From the NCBI RefSeq assembly GCF_964355755.1, contig NC_092677.1, positions 828,101 to 892,100 of the forward strand: DNA of 64,000 nt. Direction: 5' to 3'. The notes under the pieces were generated by a model, which had not been told where the DNA came from, did no database searches, and saw nothing but the letters and a program-made list of their open reading frames with translations. Source of the stretch: Antedon mediterranea (Eukaryota; Animalia; Echinodermata). The position numbers were made by a program, and so were the translations under genes. Below are positions 13,196 through 27,012 of the stretch, piece by piece; position 1 is the stretch's first letter, and every line of letters starts with the position of its first letter.

Positions 13196-13271
13196 AACCC
13201 ACTGGATCTCAGAAGAGATCCGGGTCTTTAGAAAAAGATCCACTCTCCAAAGAGAGTTTCTACGAGGGGTT
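13196..13271 (+). promoter_or_regulatory. Structured element of three abutting tetraloop hairpins at the start of the putative last exon
   Basis: GGATCTC-agaa-GAGATCC, GGGTCTTT-agaa-AAAGATCC, ACTCTC-caaa-GAGAGT with no spacers, just after acceptor ttttattgtag|G (13180). Conserved at ~36775-36851 and ~58700-58775. Confidence 0.6.
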
Positions 13272-13340
13272 ACCGAATTTTAATATTTATGCACAATTTC
13301 TTTTTAAACATTTTTTAAAAGTATCTTTAAAACATTCAGT

Positions 13341-13580
13341 AAAACCTTGAAGTAAACAAAAGTTTATTACAAACCATTTTTGCAAAAGCAAAATTGTAAA
13401 ACCTTGAAGATAACAGAAGTTAATCACAAGGAAACAACTAATAAACAAAAGTTTATTACAAAACCATTTTTGCAAAAGCAAAAGTGTAAAACCTTGAAGA
13501 TAACAGAAGTTAATCACAAGGAAACAACTAATAAACAAAAGTTTATTACAAAACCATTTTTGCAAAAGCAAAAGTGTAAA
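13341..13580 (+). repeat. 90-bp tandem repeat in the putative 5'UTR (copy 1, ~2.7 units)
   Basis: ACCTTGAAGATAACAGAAGTTAATCAC at 13401 and 13491. Confidence 0.9.
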
Positions 13581-14080
13581 GTTAAAGTTTGATTATACAA
13601 ACAAAAGTTTGAAGAATAAAACAGAAGCTTATTATAAAGAAATAAATATTAAACAGAGTTTATTACAAAAGAATTAATTAAAGAAGATTTAAAGATCACT
13701 TATATTTGAATCTGTTATTAAGTAGAATTGTAAAAAGAATAAAAATTAGAATCTGAAACTATTTAGCATAACCAAGTATTAAAGAGAAGTTTAAAATAAT
13801 ATTTATAATAATATTAAATAGTATTTCATCAAGCCAATATTAAGCAGAAGCTAATTTTTATATTCAGTGAAATTGTATAATTGAACTCATCATAGAAATC
13901 ATAGAAACAAAAGACAATATAAAATTGAATTGTTTTTGGAATTTTAATAATTTATTTTGTTTTAGCAAGGATTTCTTGAAAGAACCTAATTGTAATATTC
14001 ATTGGAATTGCAGAATACAAAGTTTATTAATTTGAAGAAATTTGTAGATTTGTTTCTTATACAAATTTTGAATAATTGTT

Positions 14081-17000
14081 ATGGAATTCATAGCAGTAGT
14101 TGGTATCTTTTTGTTGATTATCTTTACAATGATAATTTATTTGTGTAAGAATGTGAATAAAGAAGTTACAAGTAAAAAGCAGATTTTTGTCAATACAACT
14201 GGTAATGTTAATAATGGAGTTATGGATAAGACAGCAGAATTTAAAATAGTTGTTAATGACATCTTGGACCTACTTGATGAATGCTGTTCAACTGAGAATG
14301 TCAAAGACGACAGAAATGATGATACAGGTAATGTCAATTGTGAATTTATGAAAGATACAACTGAATTTAAAGGAATAATTGATGATATCATAAACATATT
14401 ATCTTATAGTACAGAGGTCACTTCAGAGTTTGATGATACATGCATTTTCTGTAATATTGAAGTGAAAGTAGACGACAATTGCATAACATGTGACCGTTGT
14501 AGTCAAAATTTTCATGTGAAATGTGTAAGAGATGTGTTTGAAGACAAACTATGTAATTCCCGGGTAATTTGGATTTGTTCAATGTGTGGGAATAGTAATT
14601 TTGTTGATAACATGTTGGGTGAAATAGGTATTCCCTGTCATTTCAATAGATATACGATTCTAGAACCTGATGAATCTGTCACTTCAGACTTTCCAGAATT
14701 AACGAAAAATAAAGAAAAACGTTGTAATAATGCAAAATTAAAATGTCAACAAACAGCAAGTGAAGATTTACTTGGTAGTGATTGGATGAGAGTAAGATCA
14801 AAGAAAAGAACCGACAACAGAAAAAAAAGATGTAAAAATAGAGGAAATAAGAAAAGGAGAAAGCACGTTATAAATGGTATAAGCATAGAACCAGGTGTAA
14901 AATATATTGGCAAAGGTGTAAAAGATTTCTATGTAAGACGAAATAATAACAAAATGGAATGGAATACAAATACTTACAGAGAATACAACAAAGAAAATGG
15001 TAAAACGAATGTATTGGGAAATTCACAAACAATAATTGACGACAGTGGTAGGCCTATGTGTGATGTTTTGAAAAATACAAAAGTAACAAACGGAATACAA
15101 CAACAATCAGGTGGTGGTTCGAAACGTTTACGAAATAACAAAGGTCGTTTTGTCAAAACTAAGAAGATTGATAACAAAAAAGCACAAGGTAATGTGAATT
15201 TAAAGAATGATTGCGATATTATGAAAGATATAAAGAACATGGGTAATAATGACAATTCTGAAACGAAAACTGACGAGGATTTTAAACTGGAATGTACTGT
15301 AGAAAACGACAACACAGCGACTGACGATGCGAAAGCACAAAATAATAGCAAAATGAATGACAGAAGTAGAATAATTGATAGTAATGGTACAGATCATAAA
15401 AATCAAACATGTGCAAGTTGTGAATTTGAGGAAAATGAAGTATTGATAATTGATGACGGATGCAAAAAAGCAATGACTAAAAAAATTAGGTCCCATACTA
15501 AACCTAAATGTGACCAACATACTATCGATGTGGATATTGAAGTTTTAACAAAAAATAATTTTTTGGAAGAATTGATAATCGATGATGTACCAAAACAAAA
15601 AAATACACCAAAAAGGCAGAAAACACAATCAATAAATGAATTACAAGTATATAATAGTAATGAAAATATAACTGTAGCACAGGGTAATTTTAATCAAGGG
15701 AATTATAGATTTGGCTTTGCAAGTGGTAAACAGTGTGTTGCAAATAGTCTTGTAGCTATTCTTTATTCTACAAAGAGGAATGGAAATGAATTTTACACCA
15801 AAGACCTTGATACAATATTGACTCTTGGAAACGAGTTGTACCGTTACATTCAGAAAGATTCCACTATGCACGAGGACCTTTTAATGATTTCTGAACTGCC
15901 GAAAGAATTGGATATCTTGGATAACACATTTGTAATATCTCCCAAAGAATCAGTTTTTGGCATAATAGATGGGAATCTCGAATTTATGGCTGAATATGGA
16001 GCCTTGTCATTAAACCAAGCTCTTGAACAAGAATTACATCAACATGATGCATTTTTTATGAATTTCAACAGAAGCACATTTTCTATTATCAAACGTGTAA
16101 ATGGATTTCTTATATTTGACCCACATGCAAGAGATCGATTTGGTTGTGTTAGTGAACATGGAAAGAGTATTTTACTTTACAGTCCATCTTGGCAAGGTGT
16201 GTACGATTATTGTATAAGATTAGCAAGTTCAATGAACTGTAATATACATGAAACAGAGTTTGAACTGACTGGTGTAAATATTGAAAATAAGTCTATGATG
16301 TTATGTTCCGCTTCTGTGCTCGATGATAATTGTGAACAAATCAACTTGGGAAATGTCGATGTTGATGAACCTAGTACCTCTTATCAGTATAAATGTAGTA
16401 CAAGATTACCAGACAAGAATATTGATTCTAACGTTAAAGGCAAAAAACATAATAAAGAAGGTCATGTCTCATCAAGTAATGGATGGCAAAGTGATAGTGA
16501 TATTGAAATTGTAAATGTTCAGTATGAAGAAAGACCTGACAAGAATTTTAAATTTATTCCTATCTCAGAAGCACAAAAGAAAAACATGTGTAATGAAGTA
16601 GGCATTCATTGTGAACATACCGATATGAATTGTGGTATTAACAGAGCTAGTCAGATTGGACATCCTCTTCAAATTACGAATATTACAGGTGATGGTAATT
16701 GTTTTTATCGTGCAATTTCATACATTATTTCTGGTACTGAAGATAATCATTTACTTTTAAGAAGAGCAATTACTAATCATTTATTGGAAACTGGTGACTT
16801 GTTTATTAATACATTTAGTCACGAATATAGATCAGTTAAGGAATATGTGTTTAACAAAAGAGTAATGGATAATGGAACGTGGGCATCCAATACTGAAATA
16901 AGTGCAATGGCAAACTTGCTTAATACAGATATTTATTCATTTAATGATCAACTTTTGACGTGGCAATTGTTTTCTGCTAAAAAGCCGGGAAGAATAGATG

Positions 17001-20000
17001 ATGTTACAACTGACAATGGCATATATATTTTGTACACCATGAATGTGCATTTTAATGTAGTGGAATCTGTCAATGTCAGTCAAAATCATTTTCAAGAAAC
17101 AACAGGACAAGTTGATATGGATGTGACATCCCAAAAGAATTATACAACACAGAAACGAAAGCAAATGAGAAAAGAATGTCACACATTTGAAGACATAGAA
17201 CCAAAACACAAAAAGAGTAAAACTGTTGAGGGACCTTGTTCTGGAAATGAATTAAAAACATTGAGAAGGAAAAGAAAAATATCTTATGAAAATAGAAAGC
17301 AAAAAGAAAAGAATCGTCAGAGAATAAACAGAAGAAGAGAAAAAAAAGATAATTCAATAGAAAAAAATGAAAATAGAAACAAATATCAAAGTGATCCTGC
17401 ATACAGAGAAGAAAAGAAACGTAAAGTAAAAAAGGCACAACAAATAAGATATGCTGATGATGATTATAAATTCAAAAAAAGGAAGGAAAATAGAGAAAGA
17501 CAACACAAAATGTATAGATGTGAACCTGAATATAATGTTAAGGTACGAAATAAAGCTAAACATAACTACAATATTGATTTGGATTACCGAACAACCAAAA
17601 AAGAAACAATGAAGAACATATACAACAATGATACAATGTTTAGACATAAAACTATACAAAATAATACACAAAGAAATAAGGAAAGGTATCACAATGATCC
17701 ACAATTTCGACAAAATTTGAAGCAAAATTTAGCACAGAAGTATTGTACTAATTCGCAATTCAGAGAAAACATTACCCAAAAATTGACAGAGAAGTATCAA
17801 AGTAATTTTAAATTTAGACAAAACTGTAAAGAAAAATTTGTTAAAAAGTATCGGACTAATTTGAAATTTAGACAAAAATGGAAAGACAAATTGGCAGAAA
17901 AGTATCGGAGTAATTTGAAATTTAGACAAAACTGTAAAGAAAAATTGGCTAAAAAGTATCGGAGTAATTTGAAATTTAGACAAAACTGTAAAGAAAAATT
18001 TGCTGAAAAGTATCAGAGTAATTTGGAATTTAGACAAAACTTTAAAGACAAACTGGTAGAAAAGTATCGGAGTAATTTAAAATTTAGAAGAAAATGCAAA
18101 GACAAATTGGCAGAAAAGTATCGGAGTAATTTGAAATTTAGACAAAAATGCAAAGACAAATTGGCAGAAAAGTATCGGAGTAATTTGAAATTTAGACAAA
18201 AATGCAAAGACAAATTGGCAGAAAAGTATCGGAGTAATTTGGAATTTAGACGAAACTGTAAGCAGAAATTGGCAGAGAAATATCGAGGGAATTCAAAATT
18301 TCGTCAAAGATGTAAGCAAAGATTTACAAAAAAGTATCATGGTGATGAAGGGTTCCGGAAAAAAATCATGAAGAAAAATATGAAAAATCGGGAAAAAATC
18401 AAAACAGAAAACACTAATTTTAATATTGTTTTAGAAAACTTCAAGAAAACAGTTTCTCGTGGTCCTGAATATGTTTGTTGTGTATGCTTTAAATTGTTAT
18501 TCAAAGATCAAGTTATGAAGTGCATCAAAGCTAAATACAAAAATCAGACTTGTATAAATGAAAAGTATTTGCATATTTGCAATAATGAATGCAATAAACC
18601 TTGTCAATTTGTCGAGTCACCAAGGTGTCATTTATGGATTTGTTTCACATGCCACAGGAAAATGCTAAAAGGGAAAGTTCCTGCAGAAGCTAATTCAAAC
18701 AATTTACAACTATATGATATTCCTCCTGAGCTCAGGTGTTTAAATAATTTAGAGCAGCATTTGATTGGATTAAACATTCCTTTTATGAAATTAATTAATT
18801 TACCAAAAGGTGGACAGCATGGAATACATGGACCAGTCGTATGTGTACCATCAAATACTATTGAAACTGTAAAAATGTTGCCTAGACCACAGGTTGATGA
18901 TCAATTAATTTCCGTAAAATTGAAGCGAAAGTTGTCTTACAAAGGTTATTACAAATATAAATTTGTTAACACTGCCAATGTTGTTCAAGCTCTTAGATAT
19001 TTACAAGATCATAACAAGTGCTATTTTGATATAGCTATTAATGAAGAATGGCATAATTATTTATCGGAAGAAAACATCGAAAATGCAAATACTAAGGTAC
19101 ATGAAAATCAAACATGTGTAGAAAACAATGAAGAAGATGAGGAAGAAGTAGAAGACCGATTGTGTGGTGCTATCTTTGATACAAGTCTCCAACCTGTTGA
19201 CAGGCGACAAAACTTGGTTGATGAATATTTTAATGACATAATTTGTTGTGCACCATGTGAAAATAATAGCCCTATTGCATTATTAAGTAATAAAAGCAAT
19301 GAAGCAAAATCATTTCCAGTGTTATTTCCAACAGGCCAACCAACATTCCATGATACGAGAGATGTTAAAATTACACTCGGACGTTATTTTCATAATAGAT
19401 TAATGCATATAGATAACAGGTTTGCACAAAATACAGAATTCATATTTTATGCTCAATCTTTATATGAACTTCAACAAATTTTATCAAGTATTTCCATTGC
19501 ATTGCGAAAAGGGTCAAGTAAAAAGGATGATTATAGCAAAGTTACTGTATCCGATTTAAAAAATGTTACCAAAATTGAGGAAATTTTAAAATCTGATAGG
19601 GGTTATAAATTTTTAAAACAAATTCGTGGAACTCCACCGTACTGGCAAGCTACACAGAAAGATATAATAGCAATGGTTAGACAGATTGGAAAGCCAACAT
19701 TCTTTCTTTCATTTTCAAGTGCTGACTTCCGTTGGAATGAAATAATGACGACATTGTTAAGTCAATCAGGAGACCAAAGAAACATTGAAGAATTGGAATG
19801 GGCAGATAAATGTAATTTGTTGAAATCAAATCCAGTGACTGTTGCCAGAATGTTTGACAAACGCTTTCATACTTTTTTGAAAAATGTAATTTTGTCTGAA
19901 GCACAGCCTATTGGTAAAGTCATAGATTATTTTTACCGAATTGAATTTCAAATGAGAGGAAGTCCGCACGTTCATATGTTAGTATGGGTTGAAAATGCTC

Positions 20001-23000
20001 CTATTTTTGGTACAGATAAAGATAAAGAAGTTATTAATTTTGTTGATAAATATATTTCTTGTGCTGTGCCATGTGAAACTGTAGATTCTGAACTAAATGA
20101 AATTGTTAAAAGTGTGCAAATTCACAGTAAAAGACATTCTAAATCATGTAAAAAAAGGGAACAAACTGCAGATTTAACTTCCCCAGACAACCTTCTGGAA
20201 ATACATTTGTTATGAGACCTACAATTGTGGATAAAGACAATGATGATAATGATGACAATAAACAAGCAATGGAGCTATTAACCTCAGTAAAAGATGCTGT
20301 GACTAATGAAGAAACATATAAAAATGCAATAGAACTTTTTCAAAGTTTAGGTATTACACAGAGTGCATTTGAGAAAGCAAATAATTGTGTAGCTACTGAG
20401 GAAAAGATTGTTATAAAGAGAAATCCTCAAGATGTGTGGGTAAATCAATATAATCCTTCCTTATTGAGAGCATGGAATGCTAATATGGATATTCAATATA
20501 TTACAAATGTATATGCATGTATTATTTACGTTATAGGATATATGTCTAAATCTGAACGGGAAATGGGCTTACTTTTATCTCATGCGGCATCAGAAGTGAA
20601 AGAAGGCAATGAAGATGCTAGACAAAGTTTGCGAAAACTTGGTAATGTTTATATGAATAACCGAGAAGTGTCTGCACAAGAAAGTATTTATCGTGTTTGT
20701 AGTTTAAGATTAAAAGAATGTTCAAGAAAAGTTGAATTTATCCCAGTAGGACCTAATCCTGTCAGAATGAGTTTACCACTAAGTGTAATTAAAAACAAAG
20801 CAGATGATGATGTAAGTGCATGGTTGCCAAATAAGATCGACAAATATAAAGCTCGACCTAATAGTTCTGAATTTAATAAAATGTGCCTTGCAAAATTTTG
20901 TTCAGAATATAGAATATTGAGTTCATCAGAAATGAAAGGAAACAAACAAAAAAAGAATGTATTTCAGTTAAAAAAACAGTTGGGATTCATCCAAAAAAGA
21001 ACACGAACTAGTAATGCTATAGTAAGATACCCTCGATTTCCAATGGATACAGCACCTGAGAAATATTTTTTGAGTATACTTCAGTTATTTCTACCATTTC
21101 GAAAAGATGAACAGTTAAAACCTCCAAATTTTGAAACGTACGAACAATTTCATGAGGAAGGATGTGTGAAATTATGTGGCTGTCAATTACAAACGGTAAA
21201 GTCAATAGTTCATGGAAACAGGGAACAATATGAAAAAAGTGCTGATGATGTTGAAGAAGCTCAGGAATGTTTATCAAAATTTGGACCACAAGAAGATGCA
21301 TGGAGCCTATTATGTCCAGAAAGTGAAAAAGAAAGGTTAGACAACCCAAAGCCAAATGTAGAGGTTGATGATGAAGAAGATGAATTTTTCATTCCAGATT
21401 TTGGAATTCAAAAAAATCATACATCTAAAGTAGAGTCTAATTCATCTAATATTCCAAGACCAGAATTGAACAAAATGATTCGATCTTTAAATGAAAAACA
21501 ACAACATATATTTTATAAGACAAGACAATGGTGTTTAGACAAAGTTAATGGTAAAAAACCTGAAGCATTTTACACTTTCATAACTGGAGGCGCTGGTACA
21601 GGAAAAAGTCATTTGGTAAATTGTATTTATAATGAAGCGACACGTATTCTGGGAAAAATTATGGAAAATCCCGATGATTTGTCAATATTGAAATTAGCTC
21701 CTACGGGAATCGCAGCATATAATATTAAAGGCCAAACAATTCATAGCGCTTTGTCTATTCCGATTAATATTTCACTTCCGTATCAACCACTTGGAGAAGA
21801 AAAAATAAGTGCACTTCGTAATCAGTTGCGTCAGTTGCAAATTGTTATTATAGATGAAATATCAATGGTAAATCAAAGGTTACTTTGGTATATTCACGGA
21901 CGATTAAGGCAAATAAAACAAGTACGCAACGATAGTCCATTTGGTAACATTTCAGTAATTGCTGTTGGTGATTTTTATCAGTTACCCCCAGTGATGGGCA
22001 GTTCGTTATATAAAGACACATTGGAAAGCTCACTGTGGTTAGATAACTTTAAGCAAGTACAGTTAGACCAAATCATGAGACAAAAAGAAGATAAAGAATT
22101 TGCTTTATTGTTAAACAAATTGCGTACAAAAGAAAAACATGATTGTTTGTGTGATAACGATTTATTTGTTTTAAAATCACGTGAAACAGGTGAAGAATGT
22201 GAAGATGCTGTTCATATTTACCCACGCAATAAACAAGTTGATGAATGGAATAAAAAAATGTTGCACAAAATCTGTACAGACATTGTATGCATTGAAGCAG
22301 AAGATAGTGTAGTAAACGCCAAGAAACAGAGCAAAATTTGTGACAAACCTCGGAATTCACGTCAAACTAGTTTACTAAATTATTTGTGGATTGCACTTAA
22401 TGCCAGAGTGATGTTGATTAAAAATGTAGATGTTAAAAAAGGCTTAACGAATGGATGTATGGGACATGTTTATGAAATAGTCAAACCCAATAATAACGCC
22501 AAACCAGTATCTATTAAAGTAAAGTTTGATAATAATGAAATCGATGTTCAGGCAATTGAAATGTTTAAAGAATCTATGGGGAATAAATATAGTCGAAAAC
22601 AATTTCCTCTCAAATTAGCATATGCATGCACAGTTCATAAAGTCCAAGGATTGACAATGAATGAAGCAGTAGTTTGCCTTAAAAATACCTTTGCACCTGG
22701 ACAAGCATACGTAGCCCTCAGTCGTGTTACTTCAATATCTGGACTTACTATTGAACATCTTAATCCTAATCTGATTTATTGTGATCCAAACATAAAGAAA
22801 TGCCTAAATAATATGGATTCATATGTACAATGTGAAAAACAAGGTCATGATTCGGATTCTAAATTTTCAATAATGTTACATAATATTCAAGGACTTAAGC
22901 AACATTTTGCTGATCTTCAGTGCAATGATTTGTTTATGAATTCTAGTATCATATGTCTGACTGAAACGTGGTTGAATAAAGATGACGATGTTTTTGAAGT

Positions 23001-23517
23001 AAATATTCAGCCGTATAAATTGTATCACCAAGCAAGGTATGATTCGTATTCTAATAGAAATGATTTGAGTTCCAAATTGAAAAATCAGGCTCATGGCGGC
23101 GTTGCAGTGTATACCAAAAACACGTTTTCAAGCAGATTAAACATACCTAATTATGATATAGAAGCAGTTTCATTTTTAATAACAAGTCCAATTTCAGTTT
23201 CCGTGTCAGTAATTTATCGACCCCCAAGCTATGATATTAATCAATTCTGTCAAAATTTGAGAAAATATTTGGAAGAGTTAAAAAAATTGAGTACAAAATG
23301 TATTGTAATGGGTGATTTTAACGAAAATCTTTTCAAACAATCTTCCAGAGTGAATAATTTAATGTCAGAGAATGAATACCGACAACATGTTACATGTTCC
23401 ACCACTGAAAACAATACATTGATTGATCATGTTTATAGCAAAGGTCTTGATTCAGTACAGGCTGAAGTAATTCCAATTTATTATAGCTATCATGAAGCCA
23501 TTCAAATTAAATTTTAA
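14081..23517 (+). pseudogene. Helentron Rep-helicase-endonuclease polyprotein, split by a 1-nt deletion into ORFs 14081-20215 and 20212-23517
   Basis: Near-identical to the 3072-aa ORF of copy 2. It has A7 at ~20150-20156 where copy 2 has A8. The break separates the HUH motif (RGSPHVH) from the Rep tyrosine motif (YVIGYMSK). Could be a homopolymer assembly error. Confidence 0.88.
17738..18360 (+). repeat. In-frame 54-bp (18-aa) coding repeat KYRSNLKFRQKCKDKLAE, ~12 units
   Basis: Direct reading of the translation and DNA (AGTATCGGAG at 17901 and 17955). Confidence 0.95.
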
Positions 23518-26500
23518 TTGCAGCAATGGTTTTTAAGTATTTGAATTATATTTCTGTAAAAACTTTTTAAGAATTAAAAATAGAACTGGATACAAATAAA
23601 AAAAACCAATTTCATAAAAACAAGCTGAAAATCATTATTTATTCATTTTTTTTTTATATTATTTTTTTTTATTTATCCAGGTCTACATGAAATTACTAAT
23701 ACAGTAATTTACTCATTTGGAAGAATAATCAATTTATTATCTATGCAAGAGGGGCAGCGAATAATCTGTAACTTCAACCCATGTCATTCTCCTGTATAGG
23801 AGAAACAATATCTGGTGAGTAAACACATTTTAATCTTGTTTTTATGTGAGTTATATTATTATAAATATTGTTCTGAATTTGAATATGTAATGTTGCATTC
23901 TGTGTACATAATAATCTTTCATTATCTACCGGTATTCAAGTAATGTTAAAAATAAAAAGTTACATTTTACAGAAGAAGAAAATAGTTTTGTTTTATACGA
24001 TTACCAATACTTCATTAGGTCTATACATACTTTCAGTTTTTTTTCTATCTATGCTGGTCCACTTGAAATTACTAATACAGTAATTTACTCATTTGCAAGA
24101 ATAATCAATTCATTTTGTTTTGGTTTTTAGGTGTTCAATGGAATGGTTTCATCTCTTCAATTATAATGGGATCCGAATTTTTAGGCAGTCACTAATGCAG
24201 TCATTCGTTCTTTAATAACATTTGTCTAAACGCGGCAAATCATTAAATTAATAATTATATTAATGATTGTTAAAAAATAACAATCTTCTATAAATAGATC
24301 AATAAATATGCGTTTAATGAATCCTCAACTAATAAATTACCATGTAAATAATGTACTAAGTAAATTTATTGACTACCAAAATGTTGATGAACTACTGTAT
24401 AGTATAAACAGCCTACTATATGTTGACAATTTTGTACCATTTGCAATAACCAATGAAAGCTTATATAAATACCGGTACACATTTTATACTGATTGTGTGT
24501 TTTCTTCAATTTTTTGGAAATAAAATATTATTTTTAACAGTTATGGTTTGATAATATTAGCTTTATCAGAAATATTATATCTATTGGAGCAAGCTTCACT
24601 GGTCACTGAGATAAATGTCAGTAATACATAAGATCAAATCACAGAGCAGGGGAGACAAGAAATTGTTATTATTATAATTCACACATGTAACTGGTTTTAC
24701 TGTAGTATATTAAGGTGTTCAGAACTGAAATTACGGGCGAAAACATTGTTTGATGTCATCAAAATGAAACATAAAAGTATGTCCATTTTCGGAAAATAAT
24801 TCATTTCAATGAGCATAATTAAATGATATAATATAAATAATAATAATGAAAATTTGGCACGTACAACTGAGATGCGTAATTATGTTGAAGTGATGAACTA
24901 TGCCAAAAAACAAATAAAAATCCTACCTTTCCAATTACTGGCCATAGCATGACCTCGCAGCATCCAATAGGAAAATTGTTATGACAGCATATTACAGAAT
25001 ACATTGTATATGTTATATAATTTAATTATCTAAATAATTACATTAATAAAAATTTAAAGAATTTCGGGAACGTTAACCTGAGATGCGCTCTATTTTAAAC
25101 ACGATTAATTTTTACGAAAGAGATGAATATCTGACTTTTTAAATTCAACTGGCCATATTATAATGACGTCATGAAATCAGATAGACAAAATTTGTATATG
25201 ACTTCATATCTACAATTCAACAATTTTCATAAGTTTTAATTACGTGGGTCACTTTGTTAACCCATGTGTGAAGGGAAATTGATTTATCAAGAACATTAAA
25301 ACGTATTAGCGTAATGCGCTCTATTAAATGGGATTAACTAATACAAAATAGAAAAAAAAATTATTTTTAAAATTCGAGTGGCCATATGATGACGTCAGAA
25401 CATCTTTTAGGTAAACATTGTACATTAATTGATATCTACACCTCATTAGCTTCTACAATACATTTTAAAAAACGGGGTAACCTGCCATCCTGAGCAGCTA
25501 GAACTGAATCAAAATAGGTATATTTTTGCACAAATTCGTATTATATTACCCTTTCTTTAGCACACGATTTCTAAAGTTTAACATGCACGTGCATCGTTAA
25601 TTTGCAATAAAAATTCATGAAAATGAAAGAAATCGTGAACGTAGGCCTATGACCAACAACAATCAATTGCAAAAAACACTTTTTTCAACGCTTTGTACAA
25701 GCTGTGTCCACAAGTGCGTGCGCAAAACACAAACAATTTAGATAATTTTGAAATGCTCAAAGTGACCTGAAATGTACGCAAATTAAATAGAAATTAATTT
25801 GGCGCATTTTAAAATTTGATTAAGGTTTTCCGCAGCGCAAACGCCACGTGCACGTCATACGTTAGAATATTCACTCAGAAAAAACGATTATGCCATTGAA
25901 AAAATGTTAGTGCGCTCTCTATTTTGCGTCACGTCTAAGTATATACAGTATACGCTATACTGTATACTTACTACATACAGTGAAGAATAGGTGAAAATAA
26001 GTGACCAAAGTTTTTAACGCTTTTGAACATGATGACGTCATCAAAATTTTAAAAATGGTAAATCATGCAAAAGATAATTGATTGACCTAGACAATATAAA
26101 AAAATGGGAGAAAATGAAATACGTATAAGTGGAGATGCGCTCTATTTAATGTGGTGAGCTATGACGAAAGAGACAAAAATTCTATATTTTATATTCCAGT
26201 GGCCATACGATGACGTCACTATGTCCGGTTAGCCATATTCATGCATGATTCAAAATCTACAACTCATCAACTTCCAGAATATGTAATTTTAAAAAAGTTC
26301 CCCACGTAGTTTACAATCTATAACTGTTTTAAAAAAGGCATAGTTTTGACAAATTTTTGAACTTTTTCATCAAAAACGCGCGCAAATTGTCAAATTCTAC
26401 GTGCTCGTATGACATGATTTTAAGTCGAAATTGATTGAAAATTGATAAATTTACTAGAAAAGGCTGAAAAAACAAAAATCAAGCAAAAAAAGGATGTTTT

Positions 26501-27012
26501 TGCGCTACGTGCGCATGCGCGCGTACAAAATTTGCGCACGCATGGAAAATTTTGAAATGCTCAAAATGACCTGAAACGCGTAGAAAGTTGATTAGAAATT
26601 GATTTTTCGCGTTTTGAAATTTTAAACGCGCGTGCGCGCGTAACTTTCTCTTAAACATGCCATTTTTAATCCATAGAAAGTTTGCGCATAATATGACTTA
26701 AAGTTTCACCAAGTTTCAATACAAAATTACTTTTGGTTTTTAATCTATGATCAATCATTGAAATTCATAAAATCGCGCGTACCTTACGCTGCGCAACTCG
26801 GACGGGACCGAAAACCTTATTACGACATTTTCAGATAGAGGTCAATCTTCTGATAAAGTTATACAATGTTATATTAAGAAGATTTAGAGATACACGCGCA
26901 ACAAAATTCTGGGAAAGAAAGAAGAAAAAAGAAAAAAAAGAAAAAAAATAAAAAAAAAAAAAAAAAGATCCTGACAATAACAAGGGGTTATCCGCCAAGT
27001 GCGGATAACCAA

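Larger units (their letters stand above)
7200..27010 (+). mobile_element. Helentron/Helitron2 copy 1 (left terminus not found, start approximate; transposase frameshifted)
   Basis: Colinear with copy 2 from the leader exons through the ORF to the right-end hairpin GGTTATCCGC-caagt-GCGGATAACC (26986-27010). No CTAGATTTGAACTCGTC left end was seen upstream. Confidence 0.85.

Noticed and set aside
12467-13196. ORFs 12467-12790 (-) and 12906-13196 (+) and their counterparts near copies 2 and 3
   Set aside because: They lie in putative intron or repeat sequence, are disrupted by indels between copies, and show no recognisable domain.
13196-13271. tRNA gene or hammerhead ribozyme
   Set aside because: Loops are 4 nt, with no anticodon loop, TTC T-loop or A/B boxes, and there is no CTGANGA/GAAA hammerhead core.
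13287-13592. Small ORFs on both strands (also 58871-59218)
   Set aside because: They are by-products of a 90-bp repeat and are not conserved in copy 2.
20140-20215. Programmed -1 frameshift or natural two-ORF Rep/Hel organisation
   Set aside because: A_AAA_AAG is not in the required phase (codons are AAA AAA AGG), copy 2 is continuous, and the split falls inside Rep rather than between Rep and helicase.
14137-23094. Many short antisense or off-frame ORFs within the transposase genes
   Set aside because: Shadow ORFs from A-rich codon bias and coding repeats.
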